Virus record (IMG/VR): IMGVR_UViG_3300046616_000314
Coordinates: 62,001 to 126,000 of that record
Strand: one strand, 5' to 3'
DNA length: 64,000 nucleotides
Shown here: piece by piece, positions 18,764-28,417 of the stretch
Position numbering within the stretch: the stretch's first letter is position 1
Layout of the letters: every line of letters begins with the position of its first letter
Program-made: the position numbers and the translations under genes
The notes under the pieces: generated by a model
The model's input: the letters and a program-made list of their open reading frames with translations, nothing else
What the model was told of the DNA's origin: nothing
Database searches by the model: none

Positions 18764-19082
18764 TTAGCGTCCCCATGAATTTATTGATGCCAGTAGGGTC
18801 CGTGACATCGAACATGATTGTACAAGTGACATCATCGGAATTGCTGTAAACAAAATACACTCGTGGATCATTAACGATTCGATCACTGAACTTCATCTTG
18901 AACAAGATCATATTCTCTTCTGTATCGAAATACAGAGCCATCAAGCGCGTATATTCTTGCGTGATTTCGCGCCCGAAACCCGAAACGCCAGGGTTAGCAG
19001 CACGCCACGCCGTAACGTCGTCCAGATTTTCATCGGTAGACAACACGTTGACTTCGTATTCAGTACGAATGAGTTTATTCAT
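18756..19082 (-). CDS. FKLK-motif family protein
   Basis: FDTEENMILFKMKFS. Confidence 0.75.
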   Translation of the reverse strand: MNKLIRTEYEVNVLSTDENLDDVTAWRAANPGVSGFGREITQEYTRLMALYFDTEENMILFKMKFSDRIVNDPRVYFVYSNSDDVTCTIMFDVTDPTGINKFMGTLNV

Positions 19083-19297
19083 CGAACCATCTTATAGAAA
19101 ACGCTTCCGGGCATTTGAAACAGGCTTGTGTAGTCAGCCGTAACCAAATGGCTAAACTTCAGCAAGAAAACCGTTGCGCTTTCATCGTCATAGAATATCA
19201 CGTGATTGCTACCAAGAGTATTGAACGGAGTCATGGTTTCTTTCAACCACGCATCAATCGTGCTTTGGTGTTTTTCAAGGAAAGCGTAGATTTTCAT
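19079..19297 (-). CDS. FKLK-motif family protein
   Basis: FYDDESATVFLLKFS. Confidence 0.75.
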   Translation of the reverse strand: MKIYAFLEKHQSTIDAWLKETMTPFNTLGSNHVIFYDDESATVFLLKFSHLVTADYTSLFQMPGSVFYKMVR

Positions 19298-19512
19298 TCC
19301 ATTTCCTTAACACGAAAATGGCGAATGATCGACGCAAATTTTAGACGAAACAAAGCAGCCTCACCCTCATCAGCAAACTTGATATGCTGATAGACAGTGC
19401 TGATATGGCGACCCGTTTGGATATCGTTTTGCACCATCCATTCATCAACGCGCGGCTTATGTTGATGCGGGTAGCTGAACCGATACGGATAAAACGTGGG
19501 AGCATCAGACAT
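19294..19512 (-). CDS. FKLK-motif family protein
   Basis: FADEGEAALFRLKFA. Confidence 0.75.
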   Translation of the reverse strand: MSDAPTFYPYRFSYPHQHKPRVDEWMVQNDIQTGRHISTVYQHIKFADEGEAALFRLKFASIIRHFRVKEME

Positions 19513-19846
19513 CGTTCACCGCTCGATATTCTCGCGCAGGAGTGTTAACACCGAACGTGTATTCACCCACGATGCCGTCACCAAACTTCAGCTTGAACAG
19601 CATCGCCGTTTCGGTGTCATACAATTGCACCCGCAGCAGATAATGCTTGTTCGACTTGCTATGGAACTTGCGCATCAAGTGCGCCGGAAGATCGCGGGCT
19701 TGCTTTTGCGGAACGTTGAACAAAGGCGTCCAGCCCTCCGGTGAGGGGTTGGCTTCCAACCAATCCTTGACGCGATTGATCTCGTCAATGCACTCGCCAC
19801 AAGTGGTCGCTTGGGGAAACGCATACCTGAAATTATAGGTGATCAT
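19505..19846 (-). CDS. FKLK-motif family protein
   Basis: LYDTETAMLFKLKFG. Confidence 0.75.
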   Translation of the reverse strand: MITYNFRYAFPQATTCGECIDEINRVKDWLEANPSPEGWTPLFNVPQKQARDLPAHLMRKFHSKSNKHYLLRVQLYDTETAMLFKLKFGDGIVGEYTFGVNTPAREYRAVNDV

Positions 19847-20190
19847 TCGGGCGCCCGCTTCTCATAGAACTGGGTCGTTTTATCGGCGAACTTCAGCATG
19901 AACGCAGCCATGTCCGAACCGATCATCATATCCAGTTGAGCGTAAACGTGCGTCATCCCCTTGGGCTCCGGTAGCGTAACCCAGAACCAAGCATTCGAGT
20001 TGGAACCGTTTTGGATATAATAGCCGCCCATGTCGTGAAACAGGGGAGAGGATAGCCTGAACTTGGCGCGGGCGTTTTCGTTCAACCAAGCCTTATACAT
20101 ATGGAGGCGTGCAACAACCATGTCGAAAGTTTGAAACTCGACACCGGGGTCTTTCCAATCCATATAATAAGTGAGTTTGAAAGCTGCCAT
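19843..20190 (-). CDS. FKLK-motif family protein
   Basis: IGSDMAAFMLKFA; SD-like AGAGGA upstream. Confidence 0.7.
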   Translation of the reverse strand: MAAFKLTYYMDWKDPGVEFQTFDMVVARLHMYKAWLNENARAKFRLSSPLFHDMGGYYIQNGSNSNAWFWVTLPEPKGMTHVYAQLDMMIGSDMAAFMLKFADKTTQFYEKRAPE

Positions 20191-20213
20191 AAAATCCTCT
20201 AATGTAATACCTT

Positions 20214-20241
20214 ACTGTACTACACTTTGGGATTATGTCAA
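20214..20241 (-). promoter_or_regulatory. sigma70-like promoter
   Basis: TTGACA-N16-TACAGT. Confidence 0.65.
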
Positions 20242-20756
20242 CGACTTAGTACATATTGGATTTTGTAGGGGTTTAGATATCTATCCTTACCACTGTCGGC
20301 TATAGTCCAACGTACTGCATCGATTTCTGCATTGAAAAATCTATCCGAAAATGCATTCGCATGAGCTTTGGATTTGAATTTAATTTCCGTCCAACGATGG
20401 CGAAGCAATATGCGATGAACCTTCGGAGACTCGTCCGTAACTGTCGCAATAGGATATGGAATATTGTTACGCAACCATTCATCTATTTCATCGGGAAACG
20501 ATGCATAACGATCAGCCCACAAATCCATATCGTATTCGCCCATCAGGCGTTCGCCATAATAGCGCACCCATTCACTAGGAACGTAAAGGCTATACATATA
20601 GGGAACTAATCGATACAGTGGATTAGAAACTCTATGCTTTACAATAGCTTCGGGAGGCTTTGCATAGTAAGTAATACTTTCAAAGGGGCAGAGACGTTGC
20701 CAGCCTTTAGTGAAAGTCTTCGTTCTAGTAAAAGTTTGTTTGGTTGTAATGTACAT
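20238..20756 (-). CDS. Hypothetical protein, possible divergent FKLK-family member
   Basis: IDEWLRNN; IKFKSKAHANAFSDRF. Confidence 0.55.
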   Translation of the reverse strand: MYITTKQTFTRTKTFTKGWQRLCPFESITYYAKPPEAIVKHRVSNPLYRLVPYMYSLYVPSEWVRYYGERLMGEYDMDLWADRYASFPDEIDEWLRNNIPYPIATVTDESPKVHRILLRHRWTEIKFKSKAHANAFSDRFFNAEIDAVRWTIADSGKDRYLNPYKIQYVLSR

Positions 20757-21390
20757 TTTGAATCAAAAGGTTTTCTACCCGAGCATGTAGAGTTTCGAGA
20801 GTATCATCGTTTTCGATAACGTGGTCAAATTTATTTTGGTAGCTCAACCATGCCCACTCTGATTCGTGAATTTCGTATTTGTCAGCCATCATCACGATAG
20901 CCGGTTCATATCCGCGTGCAGCAGCTTCAGCCGTTGCGAACCATTCGGGTTCATTACCGCGCTTCACTCTGGCGACCTTGCCTTGGAATTGATGGACCAA
21001 TTCTAATTCGTTCGGGAAGCGTCCATCAGTGATTACGACATCGGCATTCGCAGGCATGTTCAACAGCTTGCGTTCGATATTCATGATCCAGATATCGGGG
21101 TTGAAATGTTTCCGAAACAGATTGGTCCCCACCAACTGCATAGCCTTGCGAGGCGTGAATTCGGGAATGTCTAATTTATTAGACCACCAGGGATCGACAG
21201 TTTCACGCCACTCGCGGCTTTCTTTGGTGAGACCTTCTAGAAGCTCACGATCCCAAATGAAGATGGTAGCCAGGGTGTCTTTTAGACTATCGGCGAAACT
21301 GAACGCGGTGTAACCGTGCTGTTCAACTAGATATGTACCGGCGGTGTCTTTACCGCTGCCTTGAAACCCAACCAACCCAATGAGACGCAT
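20725..21390 (-). CDS. Deoxynucleoside monophosphate kinase (T4 gp1-like)
   Basis: GFQGSGKDT P-loop, FADSLKD, SREWRE, TPRKAMQLVGT, ITDGRFPNE. Confidence 0.9.
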   Translation of the reverse strand: MRLIGLVGFQGSGKDTAGTYLVEQHGYTAFSFADSLKDTLATIFIWDRELLEGLTKESREWRETVDPWWSNKLDIPEFTPRKAMQLVGTNLFRKHFNPDIWIMNIERKLLNMPANADVVITDGRFPNELELVHQFQGKVARVKRGNEPEWFATAEAAARGYEPAIVMMADKYEIHESEWAWLSYQNKFDHVIENDDTLETLHARVENLLIQNVHYNQTNFY

Positions 21391-21451
21391 TTAACTATCC
21401 AAGAAAGAATAGTTAACAATACCTCACTGGGTTGACATTTGCATTATTTAA

Positions 21452-21658
21452 TTACTGCCCGAACAGAATTGCGAACGCCAGGGCGACCGCAGACAGGACA
21501 GCGATCACGGCGCAAACAAAGGCGATTAGAATGCCCAGGAAGCCCGCGCTTGGACCCTTGCCGTTGAAGATGAATCCTTGGACGAAGATGCCCAGGATTG
21601 CCACGATGAGGACGCATGAAAGGGTATGAGTAACTGACATATTAATTCTCCGGTGCAA
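21452..21658 (-). CDS. Small membrane protein
   Basis: Two hydrophobic helices; start uncertain. Confidence 0.55.
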   Translation of the reverse strand: MHRRINMSVTHTLSCVLIVAILGIFVQGFIFNGKGPSAGFLGILIAFVCAVIAVLSAVALAFAILFGQ

Positions 21659-22247
21659 ATTGTTTTAGAAGATACGGGACGTAATCAATCGGCGTGGTAT
21701 AGCCTTGGTTTTCGGCGTACTCCAACGTCGGCTCAATAGTGTCCGTATCCTTGTTGGGCATCAAGGTCATGGCGATCTTGTCGCGCTTACCCCACCATTG
21801 ATCAATGTGTTTTTGGAAATTGGGGAAGCGCAGTTTCGCGGTGACGATCAGATCGCCCATCAGTCCGCGCAAGACACGATGATGTTCCATCGTGATAATC
21901 GCCGCCATGACATCACGGGGAACGATCACGCCGTAATGCACGGCACTATTCTTGTTGAGCTTGCTCACGTCCGTCTGATCTTCGAAGATCAAGACTCGTG
22001 GCGCGGGACCGATGGACAAAATGTCACGTTCGCATTTGCGTAACAGTGCCAGATTGTAATTGAATTCGTCGCTAAACTTCGACGCAGCGAGAACGAATTC
22101 TTCAATTTGCTGACGATGTTGCGGATGGTCGAACCGATGAATGATCGCGGACAGCACTTCGGGGTCCTTGGCGACCAGCCAAGGGAATTGGCTATAGCAC
22201 CTAGCACCGGTTTCGCGAAGCGATACTGTTCCGAGAAGCATATTCAT
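21642..22247 (-). CDS. Hypothetical protein
   Basis: 201-aa ORF with phage-like codon use and an upstream SD. Confidence 0.7.
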   Translation of the reverse strand: MNMLLGTVSLRETGARCYSQFPWLVAKDPEVLSAIIHRFDHPQHRQQIEEFVLAASKFSDEFNYNLALLRKCERDILSIGPAPRVLIFEDQTDVSKLNKNSAVHYGVIVPRDVMAAIITMEHHRVLRGLMGDLIVTAKLRFPNFQKHIDQWWGKRDKIAMTLMPNKDTDTIEPTLEYAENQGYTTPIDYVPYLLKQFAPEN

Positions 22248-22292
22248 ATGGCTATCCTATAAACAATACTTATAGAATAACACAGAAATGAA

Positions 22293-22631
22293 TTATTGCA
22301 ATACCTTAAACATGGCTAAGTCTTCTGCATCCTTGAAGAAGAAACCATAGCCGCTTACACCAAAGAAAAATGTCCATTCATCTTTAAATGGAGATTCGTG
22401 CTTCACGATACGCTGTAAAATTGGAACGATTTCTTTGAACACTGATGCCGATGGAATCTTAACTAGCGCATAATGCGGTAAGGTAAGTTCGACAGACCAT
22501 TCATGAGCATGGGCTTCATCGTCGTAAAAGCCATCGCGAGTTACTGATAGAAATGTCGTGTTTTCGAGTGCCTTGCGGCAATCTAGAATCGCATTAAATA
22601 TTTCCATCGGACTATTCGGTGCGCCAAGCAT
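22293..22631 (-). CDS. FKLK-motif family protein
   Basis: FFFKDAEDLAMFKVLQ*. Confidence 0.7.
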   Translation of the reverse strand: MLGAPNSPMEIFNAILDCRKALENTTFLSVTRDGFYDDEAHAHEWSVELTLPHYALVKIPSASVFKEIVPILQRIVKHESPFKDEWTFFFGVSGYGFFFKDAEDLAMFKVLQ

Positions 22632-23028
22632 TTCTTAAATCTTTAAGCGTGTACAGGGCAAGATCATTCTCGGATTGGAATCCGATGATCAATCCTTCAT
22701 GTGGCGGGGTCGTAGCAACTTTAGACCAACCCGTATAGCACAAGAATGTCCATGGTGCTTCGAATTGGCTGCTATTGTCGATGACAGCCTTGATATTGCA
22801 CCAAAGAATATTCGCCATACTATGCTTTGCAAGCGGCGCCAATCCAAATTCTCTTGTCGAAACGTTTGATTGGCTGCTATGCATGTAGCCATGGTAATCG
22901 AGATAATCGATTGCAACTACTTCGGTATGTCGAAACATTTCCGTAAAACTTTTATAGTTCGCCCCCGGAACGTGTTTCATTCCATGGGCGGGACCGGCAT
23001 CGATCAAATCAAGTAAGGATTCGCTCAT
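22612..23028 (-). CDS. FKLK-motif family protein
   Basis: FQSENDLALYTLKDL; shares FEAPWTF/FKDEWTF with its neighbour; start moved to the ATGA overlap. Confidence 0.65.
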   Translation of the reverse strand: MSESLLDLIDAGPAHGMKHVPGANYKSFTEMFRHTEVVAIDYLDYHGYMHSSQSNVSTREFGLAPLAKHSMANILWCNIKAVIDNSSQFEAPWTFLCYTGWSKVATTPPHEGLIIGFQSENDLALYTLKDLRNAWRTE

Positions 23029-23363
23029 TTTTTGAATCCGCGCGGCTTTGGCGTTGTCCAATCATGGAAACGCACCGCTTCATGCTTGAACCCACACCAT
23101 GCCAGGATTTGAACGACAGGATGTCCAACGAGGTTATGGAACGCCCAGGCGCCTTGCTTCCACTTCAGGCGACGCCCCTCAAGCGCAGAAGGCTTGCCGA
23201 AGACCCAGATAGCCTCGATAGCGTCGAAGCCATGGGCTTCATACACCGTACCGTCATAGAGTGTGATCTTCACGACTTCCTGTTCGATATCCGTGATATC
23301 GATGTCGTGAACCTCATCCACCAACACTAATTTGTTGCCAGCCTTGATGGATAGGGGAATCAT
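23025..23363 (-). CDS. Hypothetical phage protein
   Basis: HNLVGHP..Q..HD.T.P motif; coupled ORF. Confidence 0.7.
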   Translation of the reverse strand: MIPLSIKAGNKLVLVDEVHDIDITDIEQEVVKITLYDGTVYEAHGFDAIEAIWVFGKPSALEGRRLKWKQGAWAFHNLVGHPVVQILAWCGFKHEAVRFHDWTTPKPRGFKK

Positions 23364-23566
23364 TTAATACCAAACTTCATGTAGAGCATCAGGGCATCGT
23401 CTTCGGAACACCCTGACGCCGTTTCGATCTTATAGGGGCGACCGCCGATTGTAATCATGAAATGGGGACAGACGTTCTCGTGATAGTCAATCATTTCATC
23501 GACGCGGGTTTCATCCACGTCGAATATCCACACCGGTCCATACCCATATTCACGTTGCTGCATCAT
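23360..23566 (-). CDS. FKLK-motif family protein (divergent)
   Basis: CSEDDALMLYMKFG. Confidence 0.6.
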   Translation of the reverse strand: MMQQREYGYGPVWIFDVDETRVDEMIDYHENVCPHFMITIGGRPYKIETASGCSEDDALMLYMKFGIK

Positions 23567-24189
23567 TGGATGATGTTGTAACCGCCCATGAGGTTAGCCC
23601 ACGGGCAGAACCCTTCGGCGCCATCACCGATCCGACGAAGCTTGATCAGTTGCGTTCCGCTCTTGGGAGCGTTCAGCTTCTCGACAGCCGTCAAACATTC
23701 GAATTCTTGACCGACATCCATGGGGATCGCGGTTTCGTTGTCATAGTCGATTTCGGTGGTGGAATACAGCGCGGCGTAGTTCGTGCCGTCAGTCGGCTTC
23801 ATCTTGATCTTCACGCCCGGTTGCAGCAAATCCTTCGCCTTGGGCTTAGCACCCACCAGGGCAGGCGGGACAACAGCCGTGGCACCGATATGGTCGCAGT
23901 TGGCGCGCAGTTCGCACCAGTAGACGTGACCTTGAACGCCCGTGGCGACTTCCTTCACGATGGCGGTGTTGATGCCTTGGGTCTTCTTGGGAGCCCGAAC
24001 CACTTCTAGTTCAGTGCCGCCGTGGATGGCGCGCGTGCCGTCGAACAAACCACCGGCTTCAGCCGTCATGGACATATGCGGAATGGTTTGGTCTTGACCG
24101 AAGGCGAAAGCACCCGTGACGCCACTCTTCAGAACACCAAGGCGAACCTTCATGCGGTTGCCAGGAACCATCAATTCTTTCTTCAGCAT
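23563..24189 (-). CDS. Hypothetical protein with two similar beta-rich (SH3-like) repeats
   Basis: GNRMKVR..GTELEVV..GHVYWCEL versus GVKIKMK..GQEFECL..GFCPWANL. Confidence 0.7.
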   Translation of the reverse strand: MLKKELMVPGNRMKVRLGVLKSGVTGAFAFGQDQTIPHMSMTAEAGGLFDGTRAIHGGTELEVVRAPKKTQGINTAIVKEVATGVQGHVYWCELRANCDHIGATAVVPPALVGAKPKAKDLLQPGVKIKMKPTDGTNYAALYSTTEIDYDNETAIPMDVGQEFECLTAVEKLNAPKSGTQLIKLRRIGDGAEGFCPWANLMGGYNIIQ

Positions 24190-24192
24190 CGG

Positions 24193-24939
24193 TTAGTCCT
24201 TTCGAGCCAGACGCATCATGACCGCGATCTCTTCGATACTGTCGGGCATACGCATAATTTTACGGGTAGCATTGTTTTCAAGCGGAATGCGGTCCACTTC
24301 GCCGCTCTCGACGCTTTCGATGACCACACGGGTTTCGTCCGAGAAACCTTTGACCAAACAAAGGTCAAGACCGGCACCATAGTTGTAGGCGACGACGACG
24401 AGATCACCGATGTTGACTTCTTGTCCCAGGCGATCTTCAAACGTCAGCGGACGCTTCTTTTCGTCCATGCAGAACACGGGATCGCCTTCGTAGTCGAGAA
24501 GCAGACTACAATTTCTGAGGACTTCTTGCGCGCAGAACGTCGGATAGATGGTATGGTTTTGGACCTTGATAGGTTGATCGCCCCAACCGATATGCATGGA
24601 AAAATGATTAGTGAAGATCGGAGCTTGATCCTTGAGCTTCGGTTCGCCACGCTCTGCCGAATACGTCGGTGATTTCCAAACTGCTTCCGGGTAAATGTGA
24701 ACGCTAACCGATTCGCGGCGACGCGAATTGGAATGTGGGTTTGCGCGGAAGATCGTACCCTTGAAAATCCCGTTGTTGATCTTCAGCCAGTGGCTAGAAG
24801 CCCCGACTTCGATGGCGAGACGATCAATGATCGCTTGACGCTCAGCAAGCTTCTTCTTGTCGTTGGCGGTCAAATTCTGACTGGGAATAATCCGCGACAG
24901 AGGCGACGACCAAGTTGACGAGTGTTTGACTTCGATCAT
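24193..24939 (-). CDS. Hypothetical protein
   Basis: 248-aa ORF in operon; C-terminal DRLGQEVNIGDLVV beta-rich module. Confidence 0.7.
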   Translation of the reverse strand: MIEVKHSSTWSSPLSRIIPSQNLTANDKKKLAERQAIIDRLAIEVGASSHWLKINNGIFKGTIFRANPHSNSRRRESVSVHIYPEAVWKSPTYSAERGEPKLKDQAPIFTNHFSMHIGWGDQPIKVQNHTIYPTFCAQEVLRNCSLLLDYEGDPVFCMDEKKRPLTFEDRLGQEVNIGDLVVVAYNYGAGLDLCLVKGFSDETRVVIESVESGEVDRIPLENNATRKIMRMPDSIEEIAVMMRLARKD

Positions 24940-25160
24940 TTGTACGACTTCTGATTAGAGCGTTCAGCGATGAGATCATAGCCGCGAACGATGAACGTGA
25001 GAACGAGCATGGCGACCAGCAGAGGCGAGGCAATAACGAATACCGCAGCTTCGTTTGCGTTACGGACAAATGCATTGTCCATCTTGCGCGTGGCGAACCA
25101 GATGATAGCCGTGATGCTCAGCAGCACCGCCATAAACCAAGGAAGATCGGGACCGTACAT
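24936..25160 (-). CDS. Small membrane protein
   Basis: Two hydrophobic segments. Confidence 0.6.
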   Translation of the reverse strand: MYGPDLPWFMAVLLSITAIIWFATRKMDNAFVRNANEAAVFVIASPLLVAMLVLTFIVRGYDLIAERSNQKSYK

Positions 25161-25393
25161 CAGATGTACTCCACAAACTTCGACTGCCAGCCGTAGTTGC
25201 CGGTCGCACCGCCTGCGATCAGAGCGTGAAGAGGAACTTCTTCTTCATCGATCACGCGCTTGAACCTCATGCCCAGGACGTGAGTCGTTTCGATCAGATA
25301 TTGCTTGTGAACTTCATCGGTACCGATGTAGCCACGCGGAGCGGGGACGTTGAACTTGCGATGGACAACGGAGCGGGTGCGCTTGAAATTCAT
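25160..25393 (-). CDS. Hypothetical protein
   Basis: Start moved to the TAATG overlap at 25393. Confidence 0.6.
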   Translation of the reverse strand: MNFKRTRSVVHRKFNVPAPRGYIGTDEVHKQYLIETTHVLGMRFKRVIDEEEVPLHALIAGGATGNYGWQSKFVEYI

Positions 25394-25596
25394 TAGTCGA
25401 TCTCCCACCGATGGTTGACGACCCAGCCATCCGGTTGATCGTATTGGTTGCGATAGAGCACCAGTTGTTCGCCGCACGGGATACCTTCGAAGGTATGTTC
25501 CGTGCGAATCACGCGCCAGCCCTCGCGGGTATAGTCGGCGGTGATTTGCGCGGCTTCCGCTTCGTTCAGCGTGGGTTGATTGAAGAGATTGCTCAT
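25393..25596 (-). CDS. Hypothetical protein
   Basis: Coupled ORF. Confidence 0.6.
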   Translation of the reverse strand: MSNLFNQPTLNEAEAAQITADYTREGWRVIRTEHTFEGIPCGEQLVLYRNQYDQPDGWVVNHRWEID

Positions 25597-25597
25597 T

Positions 25598-25972
25598 CTA
25601 GACTTCCACGATCACGGGCAGTTCAGTGATGTCGAACGGATCGATGGAGCCACCACCGCCCCACGAATACCAACCCTTTTGCACTACCGCCCACCGGATC
25701 GCGGCTTCCAGCGTGCCATGCACATAGCCCAGGATGCGCCCAGCGCGGTCTTCGCCTTCGCCTTGAGCGCGCCAGTAGCCGACCGTTTCGAGCGTGATGC
25801 CCTTCTTGGTCATGTAGCTCATCGAATAGCTGTTCAGGAATTGCTCGAAACTCTTTTGTTCCGGGGTCTTCAGCAGTTCAACATCCCACGCATCGGCTTC
25901 AGCTTCGGTGTCGAACACCTTGCCGTCGGCAGCAGAAAACTTCGTGATGATTTCGACAATGGGCTTAGCCAT
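25598..25972 (-). CDS. Hypothetical protein
   Basis: Directly downstream of the promoter at 26005-26032. Confidence 0.65.
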   Translation of the reverse strand: MAKPIVEIITKFSAADGKVFDTEAEADAWDVELLKTPEQKSFEQFLNSYSMSYMTKKGITLETVGYWRAQGEGEDRAGRILGYVHGTLEAAIRWAVVQKGWYSWGGGGSIDPFDITELPVIVEV

Positions 25973-26004
25973 GCAAAAATGTCCCAAACAATGATCGTTA
26001 GACT

Positions 26005-26032
26005 ATAGTACCACCATATTAAAAGCTGTCAA
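26005..26032 (-). promoter_or_regulatory. sigma70-like promoter
   Basis: TTGACA-N16-TACTAT with TGG before the -10 box. Confidence 0.7.
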
Positions 26033-26072
26033 CTTCGAATATTGGAACAGTTAATGTCCGTTAGTGCTAAAG

Positions 26073-26100
26073 AAAAAGCCTCTGAGATCAGAGGCTTTTT
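26073..26100. terminator. Intrinsic terminator
   Basis: AAAAAGCCTCTG-AGAT-CAGAGGCTTTTT. Confidence 0.85.
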
Positions 26101-26456
26101 TGTATCTTCAAATTGGACATCTTCAGTTTGAACATCATTCCCACGTCCGCATCCCCGAAGAATAGGTAGTAGCTACTACCATGATAAATGCGATGTCTGT
26201 CAGTGTCTTTGTATTGAGCCGAAGTCCACCGTTCGGGACGAAAATTCGTAAAGCTCAATTCATGAATCAAGTAATCCAAATTTTCATGAAGTTCGGTTTC
26301 ATATTCCGAATGCCCGAAAATGGCATAATATGGCATACGAATACGTTTCGCGAACTTGGATAGCCCCATGTTTCCGGGGCGCGTGAAATCTACGTGCCCC
26401 GTGTGTGCCGGAAAAGAAAGCCAGGGCATAAACATTAGTGATTCGCCGCGAACCAC
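26088..26456 (-). CDS. FKLK-motif family protein
   Basis: FFGDADVGMMFKLKMS. Confidence 0.7.
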   Translation of the reverse strand: MVRGESLMFMPWLSFPAHTGHVDFTRPGNMGLSKFAKRIRMPYYAIFGHSEYETELHENLDYLIHELSFTNFRPERWTSAQYKDTDRHRIYHGSSYYLFFGDADVGMMFKLKMSNLKIQKSL

Positions 26457-26576
26457 GCCAGGAGACTAATGATCTTCCCCACGGTCAGGACAATACCAAC
26501 GCCCGTGGCAAGCCCCGCGCCAATCGTTGCAGACATAATGAACAGGATGCCGAGGGTCTTACCGAATGGCACGTCT

Positions 26577-27032
26577 TTAGTTTCCGACTGTTCCAAAATA
26601 AGTCCCTCCGAATTTCAATTTAAACAATGTTAGATCATTTTCGTTAGAAAAGAAAATGAAATTGTCGCGGACCATCCACGAACCGGATAGACTATTATAC
26701 ACCCATTCGGCTATCTCGTGGTCCAAGCCGACATAGTTGTCACACCCACTTACCGAACACGTGTATACGCTCGTCATTTTCGACGTATCGGTCAGTACAA
26801 AAATTCTATCAATCGAAGTCGAACGATCTTTGGTGAACCAATGATACCGATCATGGCGCGAGAAAATGATATCTCTTACCAACGGTGGAGGCAAAGCATT
26901 ATCAAACTCAACTGCCCTACGGAATGCTGACAATTTTTCTAATGCCAAACTATTACGATTTTGTAATAACTGAATATCGCCTATCGTTAGCGAATAGAAA
27001 TCAGCGAAAGCTATTAGCGAAATGTCGCGCAT
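26577..27032 (-). CDS. FKLK-motif family protein
   Basis: IAEWVYNSLSGSW..FFSNENDLTLFKLKFG. Confidence 0.8.
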   Translation of the reverse strand: MRDISLIAFADFYSLTIGDIQLLQNRNSLALEKLSAFRRAVEFDNALPPPLVRDIIFSRHDRYHWFTKDRSTSIDRIFVLTDTSKMTSVYTCSVSGCDNYVGLDHEIAEWVYNSLSGSWMVRDNFIFFSNENDLTLFKLKFGGTYFGTVGN

Positions 27033-27152
27033 TAGAAATCTGGAAAATAATGTTCAGAACGATTGTTCTTGTTCTCGTATTCATAGTGATTGCGCATCCA
27101 ACCAACAAAGATTGCGATCACAAGAACAGCAATGATAGCAATCGGGATGATA

Positions 27153-27323
27153 CTATTCATCTGATTCGCCATGGAAGGCGGCTGCATCAGCTTTAGCACG
27201 GTCGTACTTGCGTTTGGCGCGGTGAGCTTGATAGCAGAAGAATGCAGCCACCAATCCCATCATCAACAGAACGCAGAGCATGATGGTGTTCATTTGGTCG
27301 ATAGGGTCGTGACTAGTAGTCAT
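27153..27323 (-). CDS. Small membrane protein
   Basis: One hydrophobic helix; start adjusted. Confidence 0.5.
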   Translation of the reverse strand: MTTSHDPIDQMNTIMLCVLLMMGLVAAFFCYQAHRAKRKYDRAKADAAAFHGESDE

Positions 27324-27528
27324 CGGGGTTCTCCACGATGCCGTAATTAGTGAAACCTTCGCCGCCGTTGGCGGCATCGTTCAGGTACTCCAAAAGGTCT
27401 TCCAATTTTTCATCTTCCAAATCGCGCACGATCTCGCGAATCGAACCTTCTTGACCACGGGTCAAGAGATCAACGAACAAATCTTCAGCACGTTCGCGCG
27501 TGATAAGCATGGTGGACTTAACGCCCAT
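27313..27528 (-). CDS. Hypothetical acidic protein
   Basis: Coupled ORF; start adjusted. Confidence 0.55.
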   Translation of the reverse strand: MGVKSTMLITRERAEDLFVDLLTRGQEGSIREIVRDLEDEKLEDLLEYLNDAANGGEGFTNYGIVENPDDY

Positions 27529-27783
27529 TGGATAACCCTTTGAAATAACGACGAATAGCCCAGGCACCAACACCGCCTAAGCTAAGAACAAACACGACAT
27601 AGCCAACGGCTATCCAGTCACCCAAGGTCATCGGTAGACTCCGGTTTGTTGATCACCGTGGCATCTGGGAAATGATTTTCCATCATATCTTCGCCAGGAG
27701 GAAATCTGACAAAGAAATCATCGCACATTTTGCAACCTTCGCGAGGACGGCTCCAAAAATTGCACCAGATATGATGGTCGCCT

Positions 27784-28005
27784 CTAGCCATTCGGAATGT
27801 GTGTTCCGAAGATGTTCACAGTTTCGGCTTTGAACACAGACATAGGAACGCCGCTGAAAGCCGATTCGTCCAGCCGGTGTTCAATATTCATCTTGTGATT
27901 TTCGGCGCGATCTTGTTTGCTGTCGGCAATATCCCGATCAGCGCGGGCGAACATCCGAATGCGCAGCATTTCGTCGTTAGTTGTTTTCTTCATATCAGTT
28001 TCCAA
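27784..28005 (-). CDS. Hypothetical protein
   Basis: Coupled ORF. Confidence 0.55.
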   Translation of the reverse strand: METDMKKTTNDEMLRIRMFARADRDIADSKQDRAENHKMNIEHRLDESAFSGVPMSVFKAETVNIFGTHIPNG

Positions 28006-28417
28006 TCACAACGATGTCGGGTTGATCGACTCGACCACTGAAATGCCAATGATCGTCCGTCACACCTTCATCAAGACTTTTCTGCATGTAGTCCGCGACT
28101 TCAAGCAGATGCTTTCCAATGACGCGAAGGTCTTTGGGACCAGTCTTGATGACAATACTTTTCAGAGGAATATTGTGCTCGCCCTCTTCGTCATCCTTGT
28201 GAATGCCCGTCAGTTCCATTTCAACGAGGTTTTCGTCACGTTCCACGCGATAGTAGACGATGTTGTCACCTTCAGCAGGTTCTTCATCGTCGTACAGCGA
28301 GCCGTCAACGATCATACGACCATCACCGTAACACGTGGTACAGGTCTTGAAGCCCATGCCCTTGCACGTCGGACACAGGACAATAGTTTCATCTGCGTCT
28401 AACGTTGCAGTTCTCAT
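27995..28417 (-). CDS. Hypothetical protein with DnaJ-type CxxCxGxG zinc-finger motifs
   Basis: CPTCKGMG and CTTCYGDG. Confidence 0.65.
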   Translation of the reverse strand: MRTATLDADETIVLCPTCKGMGFKTCTTCYGDGRMIVDGSLYDDEEPAEGDNIVYYRVERDENLVEMELTGIHKDDEEGEHNIPLKSIVIKTGPKDLRVIGKHLLEVADYMQKSLDEGVTDDHWHFSGRVDQPDIVVIGN

